Shown here in pieces: positions 12,340 to 25,990 of a DNA stretch of 64,000 bases. The translations under genes and the position numbers were made by a program. This stretch comes from Takakia lepidozioides (lineage: Eukaryota > Plantae > Bryophyta). The notes under the pieces were generated by a model that had not been told where the DNA came from, did no database searches, and worked only from the letters and a program-made list of their open reading frames with translations. Within the stretch, counting starts at the first letter, position 1; each line of letters starts with the position of its first letter. The DNA lies in NCBI GenBank assembly GCA_030704615.1, contig CM060736.1:62001-126000 (forward strand), written 5' to 3'.

Positions 12340-12711
12340 CCCCAATAAATGCAAAATTGAACCAACCCTATTTATTTTATATGGCTTTTCGATTACTATA
12401 AATTATTATTCGATTCAATAATAGATAGTAATTGTAATTTAAGTCATTATAAAACTTAATTATGTTTTAATCAAGTTTTTTTTTTATTATTCTTTCAAGA
12501 ATAAAAAATCAGATTTGATAGAGAAAAAGAAGAGAAGAAAGAAATATATATATTTTTTTAATAATGAATGAGAAATTGAATAAATAAAATTTTAGATCGG
12601 AAATAATTATTATCCTCGTACACTTGAATAAAACGACTTGAATAAAAAAAAAATATATATATATATTTTCAATGTAGTAAAATAGACTCTAACATTATTT
12701 TAGAGGATGAT

Positions 12712-15700
12712 ATGGAAATGTTTGTACTGCCTGAATTTGGGGAAATACAATTTGAAGGATTCCATCGTTTCATTCACAAAGGTTTGATCGAAGAACCTAA
12801 TGATTTTCCTAAAATCGAAGATACAGATCAAGAATTTGAATTTCGACTATTTGGTGAACAATATCAATTAGCGGAGCCTTTAATAGAAGAAAGAGATGCT
12901 GTATATCGGTCCAGTACATACCCATCGGATTCATATGTACCAGCTCAATTGACTCGGAGGAGGAAAGGGAAAATACAGAAACAGACTTTATTTATTGGAA
13001 GTATTCCTTTAATGAATTCTCAAGGGACTTTTGTAGTTAATGGAGTTGCTAGAGTTATAATTAATCAAATTCTACGAAGTCCTGGTACTTATTACAACTC
13101 AGAATTAGATCACAACGGAATTCCTATATATACAAGTACTATCATTCCAGATTGGGGGGGAAGATCCAAATCAGAAATTGATGGAAAAACGAGGATATGG
13201 GCTCGTATAAGCAAGAAACGAAAAGTTTCCATTTTAGTTCCATTATTAGCAATGGGTTTAACCATAAAACAAATTTTAGATAGTGTCTGTTATCCAAAAA
13301 TCTTTTTAGACTCCTTGAGGAAAGAGAAAACAAGGAAGGAACATCCTCAGTCAATCGAAGATGCCATAGTAGAACTCTATAGGCAATTATATTGTATAGG
13401 TGGAGATCTTATATTCTCCGAATCTATACGCAAAGAATTGCAAAAGAAATTTTTTCAACAGAGATGTGAACTGGGAAGAATTGGTCGATTAAATTTGAAC
13501 AAAAAACTTAATCTTAACGTACCTGAAAACGAATATTTTCCATTACCACAAGATGTTTTAGCTGCTGCGGATTATTCGATAAAAATAAAATTTGACATAG
13601 GTACGCTCGATGATATAGATCACCTTAAAAATCGCCGTGTTCGTTCTGTGGCAGATTTATCACAAGATCAATTAAAATTAGCTTTGAGTCGTTCGGAGAA
13701 TTCGGTACGACAGACTATACGGGGAGCGACTAAGCGTAAACGTTTACCTACTCCTAAAGGTTTGATAACTTCAACCCCATTAATAGCTACCTTCAAAGAA
13801 TTTTTTGGTTCGCATCCTTTGTCACAATTTTTGGATCAAACTAATCCATTAACAGAAATAGTTCATAAACGAAGATTAAGTTCTTTGGGTCCCGGGGGGT
13901 TAACACGGCGAACAGCCAGTTTTCAAGTACGAGATATTCATCCTAGCCACTATGGTCGTATTCGTCCCATCGAAACATCTGAAGGCATGAATGCTGGACT
14001 TATTGCGTCATCGGCTATTCATGCAAAAGTAAATAATTGGGGATCCTTGGAGAGTCCCTTTTACAAGATATCCGAAAATTCTGGAAAAGAAGGAATTATT
14101 TATCTATCAGCAGGAGAAGATGAATATTACCGAATAGCCACGGGGAATTGTTTAGCTTTGGATCAGGGGACTCAAGAGATACAAGTGACTCCGGCTCGGT
14201 ATCGACAAGAATTCGTGGCTATTGCTCGGGAACAAATACATCCTCGAAGTTTTTATCCTTTACAATATTTCTCCGTTGGGGCTTCTCCCATTCCTTCTCT
14301 CGAACATAATGATGCAAATCGCGCTTTGATGGGTTCTAATATGCAACGTCAAGCAGTTCCACTTCCGAAACCTGAGAAGTGCATTGTAGGAACCGGTTTG
14401 GAGGGTCAAGCAGCACCGGATTCCGGAAGTGTAGCTGTAGCAAAACAAGGCGGAAAAATCAATTATATTGATGGTGATAAAATCACTTTACTGATCGAAA
14501 ATGAAGAGGAAATAGATACGAATTTGATTATATATCAACGTTCTAATAACAGTACTTGTATGCATCAGAAACCTCGAGTTAATCGGGAGGAATATATAAA
14601 GAAGGGACAAGTTCTAGCAGATGGTGCAGCTACTTCAGGAGGAGAATTAGCTTTAGGCAAAAATATTTTGGTAGCATATATGCCATGGGAAGGTTACAAT
14701 TCTGAAGACGCGATACTTATTAGTGAACGTCCGGTATATGAGGATATTTATACATCTATTCATATTGAAAGATATGAAATTGAAGCTCGTGCAACAAGTC
14801 AAGGTCCTGAAAAAATTACTAGAGAAATACCTCATTTAGATAGTCATGTACCTCGTCATTTGGATAGAAGTGGGCTTGTATTATCGGGATCTTGGGTAGA
14901 AACAGGAGATGTTTCAGTGGGGAAGTTAACACCTCAAGAAGCGGAAGAATCTTTGCGTGCCCCAGAAGGCAAATTATCACAAGCTATATTTGGTATTCAA
15001 GTAGCTACTGCAAGAGAAACTCGTCCCAAAGTACCTCCGGGTGGGAAAGGTCGAGTTATTGATGTGAGATGGATTTATCAAGAAGATACTTCTATTAATC
15101 ATGAGAAAATGGTGCATGTATATGTTTTGCAGAAACGGAAGATACAGGTAGGGGATAAGGTAGCTGGAAGACATGGTAATAAGGGTATTATTCCAAAAAT
15201 TTTACCTCGACAGGATATGCCTTATTTACAAGATGGAACACCCGTTGATATGGTATTAAGTCCGTTAGGTGTACCTTCACGAACGAATGTAGGACAAATT
15301 TTTGAACGTTTGCTTGGTCCAGCAGGAGAATTTTCGGAGAAACATTATAGGATAACACCTTTCGATGAGAGATATGAACGAGAGGCTCCAAGAAAGCTAG
15401 TTTTTTCTGAACTCTATGAAGCGAGTAGACAAACGGATAATCCCTGGTTATTTGAACCTGAAAATGCTGGAAAAAGTCGATTGATTGATGGGAGAACGGG
15501 AGAAATTTTCGAACAACCTATTACAGTAGGAAAAGCTTATATGCTAAAATCGATTCACCAAGTCGATGATAAGATCCATGCACGTTCCAGTGGACCCTAT
15601 GCACTTGTTACGCAACAACCTCCCAGGGGGAGATCCAGACGTGGGGGACAAAGAGTAGGAGAAATGGAAGTTCGGGCTTTAGAAGGTTTTGGTGTTGCTT

Positions 15701-15915
15701 ATATCTTACAAGAAATGCCTACTATCAAATCTGATCACATTCGTGCCCGTTATGAAGTACTTGGTGCTATTGTAACTGGGGAACCAATACCCAAACCTAA
15801 TACTGCTCCAGAATCTTTTCGATTACCCGTTCGAGAATTACGATCTCCAGCTTCAGAATTGGATCATGCTATTACATCTGAAAAGAATTTAAAGATAAAA
15901 TTGAAAGACGTTTAA
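12712..15915 (+). CDS. rpoB: RNA polymerase beta subunit
   Basis: 1067-aa ORF with [24 protein letters not shown] and GGQRVGEME. Confidence 0.99.
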   Translation: MEMFVLPEFGEIQFEGFHRFIHKGLIEEPNDFPKIEDTDQEFEFRLFGEQYQLAEPLIEERDAVYRSSTYPSDSYVPAQLTRRRKGKIQKQTLFIGSIPLMNSQGTFVVNGVARVIINQILRSPGTYYNSELDHNGIPIYTSTIIPDWGGRSKSEIDGKTRIWARISKKRKVSILVPLLAMGLTIKQILDSVCYPKIFLDSLRKEKTRKEHPQSIEDAIVELYRQLYCIGGDLIFSESIRKELQKKFFQQRCELGRIGRLNLNKKLNLNVPENEYFPLPQDVLAAADYSIKIKFDIGTLDDIDHLKNRRVRSVADLSQDQLKLALSRSENSVRQTIRGATKRKRLPTPKGLITSTPLIATFKEFFGSHPLSQFLDQTNPLTEIVHKRRLSSLGPGGLTRRTASFQVRDIHPSHYGRIRPIETSEGMNAGLIASSAIHAKVNNWGSLESPFYKISENSGKEGIIYLSAGEDEYYRIATGNCLALDQGTQEIQVTPARYRQEFVAIAREQIHPRSFYPLQYFSVGASPIPSLEHNDANRALMGSNMQRQAVPLPKPEKCIVGTGLEGQAAPDSGSVAVAKQGGKINYIDGDKITLLIENEEEIDTNLIIYQRSNNSTCMHQKPRVNREEYIKKGQVLADGAATSGGELALGKNILVAYMPWEGYNSEDAILISERPVYEDIYTSIHIERYEIEARATSQGPEKITREIPHLDSHVPRHLDRSGLVLSGSWVETGDVSVGKLTPQEAEESLRAPEGKLSQAIFGIQVATARETRPKVPPGGKGRVIDVRWIYQEDTSINHEKMVHVYVLQKRKIQVGDKVAGRHGNKGIIPKILPRQDMPYLQDGTPVDMVLSPLGVPSRTNVGQIFERLLGPAGEFSEKHYRITPFDERYEREAPRKLVFSELYEASRQTDNPWLFEPENAGKSRLIDGRTGEIFEQPITVGKAYMLKSIHQVDDKIHARSSGPYALVTQQPPRGRSRRGGQRVGEMEVRALEGFGVAYILQEMPTIKSDHIRARYEVLGAIVTGEPIPKPNTAPESFRLPVRELRSPASELDHAITSEKNLKIKLKDV

Positions 15916-15948
15916 TTTATATTTTAGAGGAAATTAAATCTTCATTTT

Positions 15949-18764
15949 ACGATTCACCGAGAAAAACATCAACACCTTCGAATCGGATTGGCTTCTCCTG
16001 AACAAATTCGTGGTTGGGCTGAAAGAGCTTTACCTAATGGAGAAATAGTTGGAAAAGTAACTAAACCTTATACCTCACATTACAAAACACATAAACCCGA
16101 GAAAGATGGATCGTTCTGTGAAAGAATTTTCGGACCTATCAGAAGTGGGGTTTGTGCTTGTGGGAAGTATCAGGGAGTTGAAAATCAGAAAGAATATTCG
16201 AGATTTCGTGAACAACGTGGAGTCGAATTTATTGAATCTCGGGTTCGAAGATATCGAATGGGATACATTGAATTAGCATGTCCAGTAACTCATGTATGGT
16301 ATTTGAAACGTCTTCCTAGTTACATCGCGAATCTTTCGGCCAAACCTCTTAAAGAATTAGAAAGTCTAGTATACTGCGATGTGTGACTCGATCATAGATT
16401 TCGATTCTACAGATTCAAATAAAAACTGTCGTCCCATTCATATTTATTGGGATGCCTCTAGTTTTGACATGTTTCTTGAAATAAGTGACATGAAGCTCAA
16501 ATTATAAGTAATTTTTTTGCTGCCAGGAGTAATTCATCTAGGGTTGATTTATATATAAATCATTCGTTACTTAGACTTCGTGAGAAAAAAAAAAAAAAAA
16601 AAAGATTAAATATTTTTGAAATTAAAAAATTTATGAAAAATTTTGTTACATTCATTTAATTTAACTTTTCCAAATAAATTTTATGGATATTGAAGTCTAT
16701 TCATCGCATATATGCTTCGAATAACTTTTGAACCACCGAAGTGGAGCGGAAACCCAAAGGATGGGGGGAGAGGACGAAACATAAACGAGAAAAAACCTTA
16801 TGGATTTCCGATGAATTGGAGGTATTTCTGTGAGGAAATATATCGTTCAAGGGAAAAGAGACTACTCAAAAATGATAAGATTAACTAGAAAAAATAGAAT
16901 AATACTATTTTTTAACATTTTCTAGAGGTTATAACTTGAGTAATGAATAGCTATTTTTTTTTTTCCAATTAAAGTTAAAGCATGTAATTATTTAATATTT
17001 CTTTTTGTATATATTTCCTTATATATGAATAAATATTAAATTATATAAGATTTTTAAGAAATATTATGATTTAATATAGCTATTTGAGCCGGATGAAAGA
17101 AAACTTCCATGTCCGATTCTGAGGGGGGGATGTAGAAGAGAACCTATCCTAATCTTTTTCCGGCTAGACCTATTTCTAAAAAACCCACTTCATTAAAATT
17201 ACGAGGTTTATTCAAATACGAGGATCAATCGTGGAGAGAAATTTTCCCCCGTTCCTTTTCCCCACGTGGATTCGAAGCATTTCGAAGTAGAGAAATAGCA
17301 ACTGGAGGAGATGCTATCGAAAAACAATTAGCTAATTTAGATCTGCAAATCGTCAGGAATCGTGCAAATGCGGAATGGAGGGGATTGGCGGAACGGAGAT
17401 CTACGGGGAATGAATGGGAAGACCGAAAAGTTCAAAGAAGGAAAGATCTGTTGGTTAGACGTATAAAATTAGCTAAACAGTTTCTCCAAACAAGTATAAA
17501 ACCGGAATGGATGGTTCTGTCGTTATTACCAGTTCTTCCTCCTGAATCGAGACCCATGATTGAATTGGGTGAAGGTGAACTCATTACCCCCGATCTAAAT
17601 GAACTTTATCGAAGAGTTATTTATCGAAATAATACTCCTATTGATTTTCTAGCTAGAAGTGGTTCTACACCAGGGGGTTCAGTTGTTCGTCAAACGAGAT
17701 CGGTTCAAGAAGCTGTAGATGCACCTATTGATAATGGTATCCGTGGACAACCAATGAGGGATAGTCATAATAGGCCTTACAAATCCTTTCCAGACGCTAT
17801 TGAGGGAAAAGAGGGAAGATTTCGTGAAAATTCACTTGGAAAACGGGTCGATCATTCAGGTCGTTCTGTCATTGTAGTGGGACCTTCTCTTCCATTACAT
17901 CAATGTGGATCACCCCGAGAAATGGCAATAGAGCTTTTCCAAGCTTTTGTTATTCGGGGTCTAATCGGACGGCATCTTGCTCCCAACCTTAGAGCAGCCA
18001 AGAGCATGATTCGAAACAGAGAACCTATTATATGGAAAGTACCTCGAGGAGTTATGCAAGGACATCCCGTATCGTTGAATCGAGCACCCACCTTGCACAG
18101 ATTAGGCATACAAGCATTTCAACCAATTTTGGTAAAGGGACGTGCTATTCGTTTACATCCATTAGTTCGTGGAGGCTCCAATGCAGATTCTGATGGGGAT
18201 CAGATGGCTGTCCATATACCTTTATCTCCAGAAGCTCAAGCGGAAGCTCGTTCACCTATGCTTTCTCATAAAAATCTTCCATCTCCAGCGACGGGAGATC
18301 CCGTTTCTGTACCGAGTCAAGATATGCTTCTCGGACTTTATATACTAACGATTGGAAATAATCGAGGTATTTATGGGAATCAAGACCATCCTTGTAGGAA
18401 TAGATATAAAAATAAGGCTTTTTTACCATATTTTCGTAATTATGGTGATGTAATTGGGGCACGGGAACAAAAACGGATTGGCCTACACAGTGCCTTACGG
18501 CTTCGATGGGAAAAAAAATTACGAGTAATTACTTCATTTAATCGCGAAAAACCCATTGAGGTTCAATACGACCCTTCGGGCACTTTTCTTCAACTCTATG
18601 AACATTACCAACTCAGAAAAAATGAAGAAGGAAAAATACTTAGTATTTACATTTGTACAACAGTTGGTCGTATTATTTCCAATCAACAAATAGAAGAAGC
18701 TATACAAGGTACTTTAAAAGCTTCGCAACATAGAAATCGATCACTACCCGCTATAACAATTTAA
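15949..18764 (+). CDS. rpoC1: RNA polymerase beta' subunit; ACG start; exons 15949-16380 and 17154-18764
   Basis: (M)[20 protein letters not shown]...LVYCD joined to LFPARP...; NADSDGD for NADFDGD; 432-nt exon 1; GTGTG at 16381. Confidence 0.97.
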
Positions 18765-18888
18765 TTGATTGTCATTTTTTTCTTTCTCCTTCCCCCGCAG
18801 AAATAGAAATTGAGGAAGCCTTATGGAATAAAAAACGGCTTGAATCTATTGGTAAATCCTGCTTATAACAATAAAGAGGTTTTCTGTT

Positions 18889-21800
18889 ACGGCAGAACCA
18901 GCCGAATTGCTCTTCTATAACAAAGTGATGGATAGAACTGCCATAAAACAACTTATCAGCAGATTAATAGCTCACTTCGGAATCACATATACAACACACA
19001 TCCCGGATCAACTCAAGACCTTAGGTTCTCAACAAGCTACTCAAGCAGCTATTTCATTAGGAATTGACGACCCCTTAACAGCACCTTCCAAGGGTTGGCC
19101 TATCCAAGATGCGGAACAACAAGGTTACACCTCGGAGAAACATCATCGCTATGGGAATGTACATGCAGTGGAGAAATTACGTCAATTAATCGAAACTCGG
19201 TATGCTACAAGTGAATATTTGAAACAAGAAATGAATCCTAATTTCAGGATGACCGACCCTTTGAATCCAGTACATATGATGTCTTTTCCAGGAGCTCGGG
19301 GAAGTACGTCTCAAGTTCATCAATTGGTAGGTATGAGAGGATCAATGTCAGATCCTCAAGGACAAATTATTGATTTACCTATTCAAAGTAATTCTCGCGA
19401 AGGGTTATCTCTAACAGAATATATTATTTCTCGTTACGGTGCTCGTAAAGGAGTTGTTGATACCGCAGCACGAACATCAGATGCTGGATATCCTACGCGT
19501 AGACCGGTCGAAGTAGTTCAACACATTGTTGTACGAAAAAACGATTGTGGTACTGTTCAAGGTATTTCTGTGAGTCCTCTTCGAGATAAAAAGAGAGATA
19601 TGAAGACATTTGGTCAACAGAAACTAATTGGCCGTGTATTAGCAGACAACGTATATATGGGTGGGAGATGTGTCGCTACACGTAACCAAGATATTGCGGC
19701 TAATCCTGCGAATTATTCAATTACTTATCAAACAAAATCAATATCTATACGCTCTCCTTCGACTCGCAAAAGTATGCTTTGGATCCGTCAATCGTGCTAT
19801 GGGTGGAGTCTTACTCATGGTAATTTGGTAGAATTGGGAGAAGCGGTGGGTATTATTGCAGGCCAATCCATTGGGGAACCTGGGACTCAGCTAACATTAA
19901 GAACTTTTCATACTGGTGGAGTATTTACTGGTGACATCGCAGAACATGTGCGAACTCCTTTCAATGGAACTATTAAATTTGATACGGATCTAGTTTATCC
20001 TACACGTACACGTCACGGACATCCTGCTTGGATATGTCACAATCAAATATCTGTTATTATTGAAAGTAGAAATAAGATACACAATTTGATGGTTCCACCA
20101 CAAAGTGTGCTTCTGGTTCAAAATAATCAATATGTGGAATCAAAACAAGTAATTGCGGAGATTCGGGCTAAATTATCTCCCTTCAAGGAAAAGATTCAGA
20201 AATATATCTATTCGGACTTGGAAGGAGAGATGCACTGGAGTACGAAGGTGCGTCACGTATCCGGGTATGTACATAGTAATGTTCATCTTATACTCACGAC
20301 AGGTCATGTACGGATATTATCGGGAAGTTCTTATAAATATAATGGACCATCCTTCATATTCTATCAAGATCAAGATAAAATTGATGTTAGACTCCCTATT
20401 GCAAAACAAATTAGCAATTATTCGAATTTTGAGCATAACTTATCGAATAAAAATAAAAAATGGAACTTCATCTATTCCAGTATCACTTTTTATGCTTACA
20501 GCATTACGCAAATAAATGAAAGAGGTAAAACTCTTTTTTATTTTAGGAAAGAGGAAGGGAGATACGAAAAAAAATCCTTGTCTCAATTCACACTTAGAAT
20601 GAAAAAAAATGGAATTTTACGAAATAATGATATTTTTGCCATTTTAGATGATCCTAAATATAGAATCAGAAGTTCAGGAACTATAAAATATGGTGATATA
20701 AAAATTGATTGGATTAACAAAAGAAATGAAATTTTCAGAGATCGAAAAACACAAATTTTTGAACCGAGATATGAAATAATTAAAGGAGGTAACTTTTTTT
20801 TTCTTCCCGAAGAGGTGCATATTTCACATCAATCACCTTCTTCAATTTTGGTAGAGAATAATGGTATTACTCAAGCAGGCACTAAAATTACTTCAACTAT
20901 TAATAGTCGAATAGCTGGATTAGTCAGAATGAGGAAAAAAACAAACAATAGTTTTGAAATAAGAATATTGCCAGGAAGTCTATATTATCCTAGAGAAACA
21001 CATAAGTTTTCTAAACAAAACGGTACTTTGGTACCACCAGGCGAAATAATTTCTGAGGAATTCCAATCCGATAATTGGGTTTATCTTCAATGGATTTCAC
21101 TTCCTGAGGAGAAATCTTTTTTTTCAGTCAGGCCGGCAATAGAATATAAAATATCTGATGAATCTGATGAATCGAATCTACCAACACCTTCTCTTCTTTT
21201 GGATTTGTTGAAAGAACAGGAAAACCTCAGAATTAAAACTATCGAATATATGCTTTATGAAGATGGTGAAGAGGTTCAAATAATCAATGATACTGGTACT
21301 CAATTGGTTCAAACTTGTTTGGCATTGAATCGGGAAACAGATCTTTTTGAGAAAGAGGCTTATGCTTCTTTCACAAAAATAAGAATGAAAAAAATTGTCA
21401 AGAATTTTCTTCAAATTAATTTGATAAAATATCCCATTTCAGATATTGGAAAAGAAAATACTATCATTTTAAAATCTCTTTTTAATAATATAAATCCCTA
21501 TGCTAGCAAATATTTCAATGGTGGGAATCAATTGTTTAGTAAGCATCAAGGTACTATTCGTATCTTATCCAATAAAAACCAAGAGGGTGGTTCTTTTCCT
21601 ATTCCGTCCCCATTCAATCTATTTAAAACTTCCCTATTTAATGACACAGAGAGATATGTAACGGTAAGCAATGGAGAGAAAAGAAGTGATTTAGAAAAAC
21701 ATCCATTTTTTTACACGAAAATATCTAATCGGCAATCGGAGAAGAATTCGAATACTCCTATTGATAAAAAAACAGATACGAAATTAAGTTCAAAAGGAAT

Positions 21801-23079
21801 AACTAAATATTCTGTTTCGTCAACCCAGGAAACAAAAAATTTACCGGAAAATATAGGTCTTTTAGGTCATTTACAAAATATTACGAAATTTGTTCAACCT
21901 TTTCATTTGATGATATATAATCAACTTATATTTATTCAATTATCAAATTCAATTATTGATAATTTGAAAAATATTTATCAGAATCCTAAGTGGTATTTTA
22001 TTGATGAGAATAAGAAATTTCATAAATTGCTTCTAGGTAGAGATATTCTTTTTAATTCACTAAATTGGTCTTTTCCTTTATTTTCCCCATCAGAAAAAAA
22101 CATTCGATTGATCAATCTTGGACAATTTTTTTGTGAAGGTTTATCTATATCTGAATATCAACCATTTTACGAATCCGGTCAAGTTGTAGCCATTAATACG
22201 GATTATTTAGTGATTAGATTAGCTAAGCCATACCCGGCTACTGGAGGAGCAACTGTTCATAGTCATTATGGTGAAATTATAAAAGGAGGAGATACTTCAA
22301 TAACCTTGATATATGAAAGATTAAAATCTGGAGATATTATTCAAGGTCTTCCCAAAGTTGAACAATTGTTAGAAGCCCGTCCAATTAATTCAATCTCAAT
22401 TAATTTGGAAAGAGGTTTTGAAGATTGGAACAGAGACGTGACGAAGTTCTTTGGGAGCCTTTGGGGATTCTTCCTGAGTGCCAGAATTAGTATGGAACAA
22501 AGTCAGATAAATTTGGTCGATCAGATTCAGAGGGTTTATCGATCACAAGCGGTACAAATATCTGATAGACATGTGGAAATTATTGTACGCCAAATGACTT
22601 CTAAAGTCTTAACTTTGGAGGATGGAATGGCTAATGGTTCTTCACCCGGAGAACCCGTTGAATTTTCACGGGCGCAAAGAATGAATCGTGCTTTAGAAGA
22701 AGTAGTTCCCTACAAACCAATATTATTAGGAATAACAAAAGCATCTCTCAACACTCAAAGTTTTATATCAGAAGCCAGTTCTCAAGAAACTACCCGAGTA
22801 TTAGCTAGAGCCGCTTTGCGAGGTCGAATCGATTGGTTGAAAGGCTTGAAAGAAAACGTCATTCTTGGTGGAATAGTTCCTGCGGGTACTGGATGTCAAG
22901 AAGTCATTTGCCAAATGACTTTAGAGAAACGAAGAAAAAAATATTTGAGGAGAAATAAAACGAAACTATTTCATAACAAAGTGAAGGATCTTTTCTTATA
23001 TGAGAAACTTTCTGCCTCTTACACTCCAGAAGCGATTCACAGGAAATTGAAACAGCAATTCCCCGAAGGGGATCAATAA
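18889..23079 (+). CDS. rpoC2: RNA polymerase beta'' subunit, ACG start
   Basis: In-frame ACG at 18889; AGQSIGEPGTQLTLRTFHTGG and GLKENVILG motifs. Confidence 0.98.
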   Translation, partial: TAEPAELLFYNKVMDRTAIKQLISRLIAHFGITYTTHIPDQLKTLGSQQATQAAISLGIDDPLTAPSKGWPIQDAEQQGYTSEKHHRYGNVHAVEKLRQLIETRYATSEYLKQEMNPNFRMTDPLNPVHMMSFPGARGSTSQVHQLVGMRGSMSDPQGQIIDLPIQSNSREGLSLTEYIISRYGARKGVVDTAARTSDAGYPTRRPVEVVQHIVVRKNDCGTVQGISVSPLRDKKRDMKTFGQQKLIGRVLADNVYMGGRCVATRNQDIAANPANYSITYQTKSISIRSPSTRKSMLWIRQSCYGWSLTHGNLVELGEAVGIIAGQSIGEPGTQLTLRTFHTGGVFTGDIAEHVRTPFNGTIKFDTDLVYPTRTRHGHPAWICHNQISVIIESRNKIHNLMVPPQSVLLVQNNQYVESKQVIAEIRAKLSPFKEKIQKYIYSDLEGEMHWSTKVRHVSGYVHSNVHLILTTGHVRILSGSSYKYNGPSFIFYQDQDKIDVRLPIAKQISNYSNFEHNLSNKNKKWNFIYSSITFYAYSITQINERGKTLFYFRKEEGRYEKKSLSQFTLRMKKNGILRNNDIFAILDDPKYRIRSSGTIKYGDIKIDWINKRNEIFRDRKTQIFEPRYEIIKGGNFFFLPEEVHISHQSPSSILVENNGITQAGTKITSTINSRIAGLVRMRKKTNNSFEIRILPGSLYYPRETHKFSKQNGTLVPPGEIISEEFQSDNWVYLQWISLPEEKSFFSVRPAIEYKISDESDESNLPTPSLLLDLLKEQENLRIKTIEYMLYEDGEEVQIINDTGTQLVQTCLALNRETDLFEKEAYASFTKIRMKKIVKNFLQINLIKYPISDIGKENTIILKSLFNNINPYASKYFNGGNQLFSKHQGTIRILSNKNQEGGSFPIPSPFNLFKTSLFNDTERYVTVSNGEKRSDLEKHPFFYTKISNRQSEKNSNTPIDKKTDTKLSSKGITKYSVSSTQETKNLPENIGLLGHLQNITKFVQPFHLMIYNQLIFIQLSNSIIDNLKNIYQNPKWYFIDENKKFHKLLLGRDILFNSLNWSFPLFSPSEKNIRLINLGQFFCEGLSISEYQPFYESGQVVAINTDYLVIRLAKPYPATGGATVHSHYGEIIKGGDTSITLIYERLKSGDIIQGLPKVEQLLEARPINSISINLERGFEDWNRDVTKFFGSLWGFFLSARISMEQSQINLVDQIQRVYRSQAVQISDRHVEIIVRQMTSKVLTLEDGMANGSSPGEPVEFSRAQRMNRALEEVVPYKPILLGITKASLNTQSFISEASSQETTRVLARAALRGRIDWLKGLKENVILGGIVPAGTGCQEVICQMTLEKRRKKYLRRNKTKLFHNKVKDLFLYEKLSASYTPEAIHRKLKQQFPEGDQ

Positions 23080-23214
23080 ATTTAATCAAATTGGAACAAA
23101 AAGAGAAAAATTTTTAATCTTTACGGGAATATAATATCGAAAATGTAATAAATTCAGTCTAGATATAAATATATATTAGAGTTTCTGAATCTTTCGAAGA
23201 AATACTAGAAGAAA

Positions 23215-23925
23215 ATGAAACAGAAATCTTGGAACATTCATTCGGAAGAAATGATGGAAGCGGGAGTACATTTCGGTCATCAGGCTCGGAAATGGAATCC
23301 TAAAATGGCCTCTTATATTTCTACGGAACGTAAAGGTATTCATATTATAAATCCTACTCAAACAGCTCGTTTTTCATCAGAAGCCTGTGACTCAGTGGCC
23401 AATGCGGCAAGTAAAGGGAAACAATTCTCGATAGTAGGTACGGAATATCAAGCAGCTGATTTAGTAGCATCAGCCGCTACAAAGGCTAGGTGTCATTACG
23501 TGAATCGAAAATGGCTTGGTGGTATGTCAACTAATCGGTCTACCACAGAGACACGTCTTCAAAGATTTAAAGATTTGGAAAACAAAGAAGATACCGGAGT
23601 ACTTAATCGACTTCCCAAGAAAGAAGCGGCGAATTTAAAGAGACAATTAGCTCAACTCCAAAAATATTTGGGCGGAATTAAATATATGACAAGTTTACCT
23701 GATATTGTAACAATAGTAGATCAACAAAAAGAATCTACTGCTATTCAAGAATGTATAACTTTAGGTATTCCGACGATTTGCTTAGTTGATACGGATTGTG
23801 ATCCAGATCTTGCAGATATACCAATTCCAGCCAATGATGACGCTAGAGCTTCCATTCGATGGATCTTGGATAAATTAACGTTAGCCATTCGTGAAGGCCG
23901 TTATAATTCGATAAAAATGGAATAG
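23215..23925 (+). CDS. rps2: Ribosomal protein S2
   Basis: [19 protein letters not shown]; IPANDDA. Confidence 0.98.
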   Translation: MKQKSWNIHSEEMMEAGVHFGHQARKWNPKMASYISTERKGIHIINPTQTARFSSEACDSVANAASKGKQFSIVGTEYQAADLVASAATKARCHYVNRKWLGGMSTNRSTTETRLQRFKDLENKEDTGVLNRLPKKEAANLKRQLAQLQKYLGGIKYMTSLPDIVTIVDQQKESTAIQECITLGIPTICLVDTDCDPDLADIPIPANDDARASIRWILDKLTLAIREGRYNSIKME

Positions 23926-24142
23926 TTTTTTTGTGAAAAACCAGAAAATTATTCATTTCATTACTATTTTAAAACTTAAAAATATATTACAATACAAATA
24001 AAAAATAAATATTTTTATTTATTGTAATAGATATTTTACAAATTAATAACAAAAAATATTTATGAGAATAAAATATTTAAAGAAATTTTCATTTTTGTAG
24101 AAATCTTTTCTTATTTCACAGTTAATCTTCAGAAGGGGTAAT

Positions 24143-24889
24143 ATGCATACTGCAAAATTTCCCATTGGCACACTCAATAATTTATACGAAATATCTGGTG
24201 TGGAAGTAGGTCAACACTTCTATTGGCAAATAGGCAGTTTTCAGGTTCATGCACAAGTACTTATAACTCCCCGGATTGTTATTGCTATCTCACCAGGTTT
24301 AGCTATTCTAGCAACTCGAGATTTACAAACTATCCCAACTAGTGGTCAAAATTTTGTCGAATACGTTCCGGAATTTATTCGAGACTTGACTAGAACTCAA
24401 ATTGGGGAAGAAGAATACCGCCCCTGGGTTCCCTCTATTGGAACTATGTTTTTATCTATTTCCGTTCCGAATCGGTCAGGTGCTCCGCCTCCTCGGAGAG
24501 TTCCCGAATCACCTCACGGAGAATCAGCTGCACCTACGAACGATATTAATACTACTGTTGCTTCAGCTTTGCCTACACCAGTAGCATATTCTCATGCAGG
24601 CCCTCACAAAAAAGGCTTAAATTATTTCGGTAAATACGTCCAACCAACTCCGGTACTTCCACCAATTAATATTCTGGAAGATTCTACAAAACCATTATCG
24701 CTTAGCTTTCGACCTTTTGGAAATATATTGGCTGATGAATTAGTAGTTGCTGTTCCTATTTCTTCAGTACCTCCAGTAGTTCCTATACCTATGATGTTTC
24801 CAGGATCATTTACAAGTGCTATTCAAGCTTTGATATTTGCAACTTTAGCTGCAGCTCATACAGGGGAATCCATGGAAGGTCATCATTAG
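24143..24889 (+). CDS. atpI: ATP synthase CF0 subunit IV (a)
   Basis: [38 protein letters not shown]; very many edit-correctable codons. Confidence 0.98.
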   Translation: MHTAKFPIGTLNNLYEISGVEVGQHFYWQIGSFQVHAQVLITPRIVIAISPGLAILATRDLQTIPTSGQNFVEYVPEFIRDLTRTQIGEEEYRPWVPSIGTMFLSISVPNRSGAPPPRRVPESPHGESAAPTNDINTTVASALPTPVAYSHAGPHKKGLNYFGKYVQPTPVLPPINILEDSTKPLSLSFRPFGNILADELVVAVPISSVPPVVPIPMMFPGSFTSAIQALIFATLAAAHTGESMEGHH

Positions 24890-24908
24890 ATATTTCTTTC
24901 AGTTAGAC

Positions 24909-24928
24909 ATATATATATATATATATAT
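24909..24928. repeat. (AT)10 microsatellite
   Basis: Read directly from the sequence. Confidence 0.9.
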
Positions 24929-25343
24929 CTTCTTCTAACTAATCAAATTTCTATTTCGAAATCGAAAAAGAGATTTATCAGGTATAATGATGGGAGAGGA
25001 AATATCAACGAAACAATTAGTAAACTATTAATTGGAGTTACATAACTGAACAAGATTTATAAATCGACACCGCTTGATTTATATTTTATTTCGAAATGAA
25101 AAAGATTGTTTCCCGACTATTTGGATAAAATAGACTAAAACTAACCAAATACTATCTTATATTATCTCATTGAAATAGATTCAGTTCCTTAAGTGAAACT
25201 ACGAAATAATTTAAATTTTTTGTCACTTGCGTATCTTCCTTCTATTTAGTGATACTATCACTTCAATAAGAGACATTTTGAGTCATTAACTGCTTCAACT
25301 AATTCATCTTTCACCAGAGATGTCGGTAAGCAATGGAGAATAG

Positions 25344-25637
<294 letters not shown>

Positions 25638-25990
25638 TTTCCAGCGATTCGAAGGCTCCGTACTTTTCGTGATCGACAATTAGTAACCCCCTCCAAAGAA
25701 GTAGTTGACCCAATTCTTTTTTGGGGGAGGGGGCTAGGTATAACGAACAAAAAACATACTCTCTTCCTATCGCTCAGTAAGAAAGTAAGAAATCTTTGTA
25801 ACTTTTTCGTTTCTGTTGCGGAGAGGGGAGCAAGTAAGGTACCTTCCCAATTGTATGTATCGCTAAAGAGATTTGATCTGAAACTAGATAAAGTAGTCTT
25901 TGTCTAAAACCAGAAAATCGAGTGAGATTTAGTAAGAAGAAAACTATGTAACTCCATAAAACTTAGAAAACCTGTGATGGGAGAGGGAGT

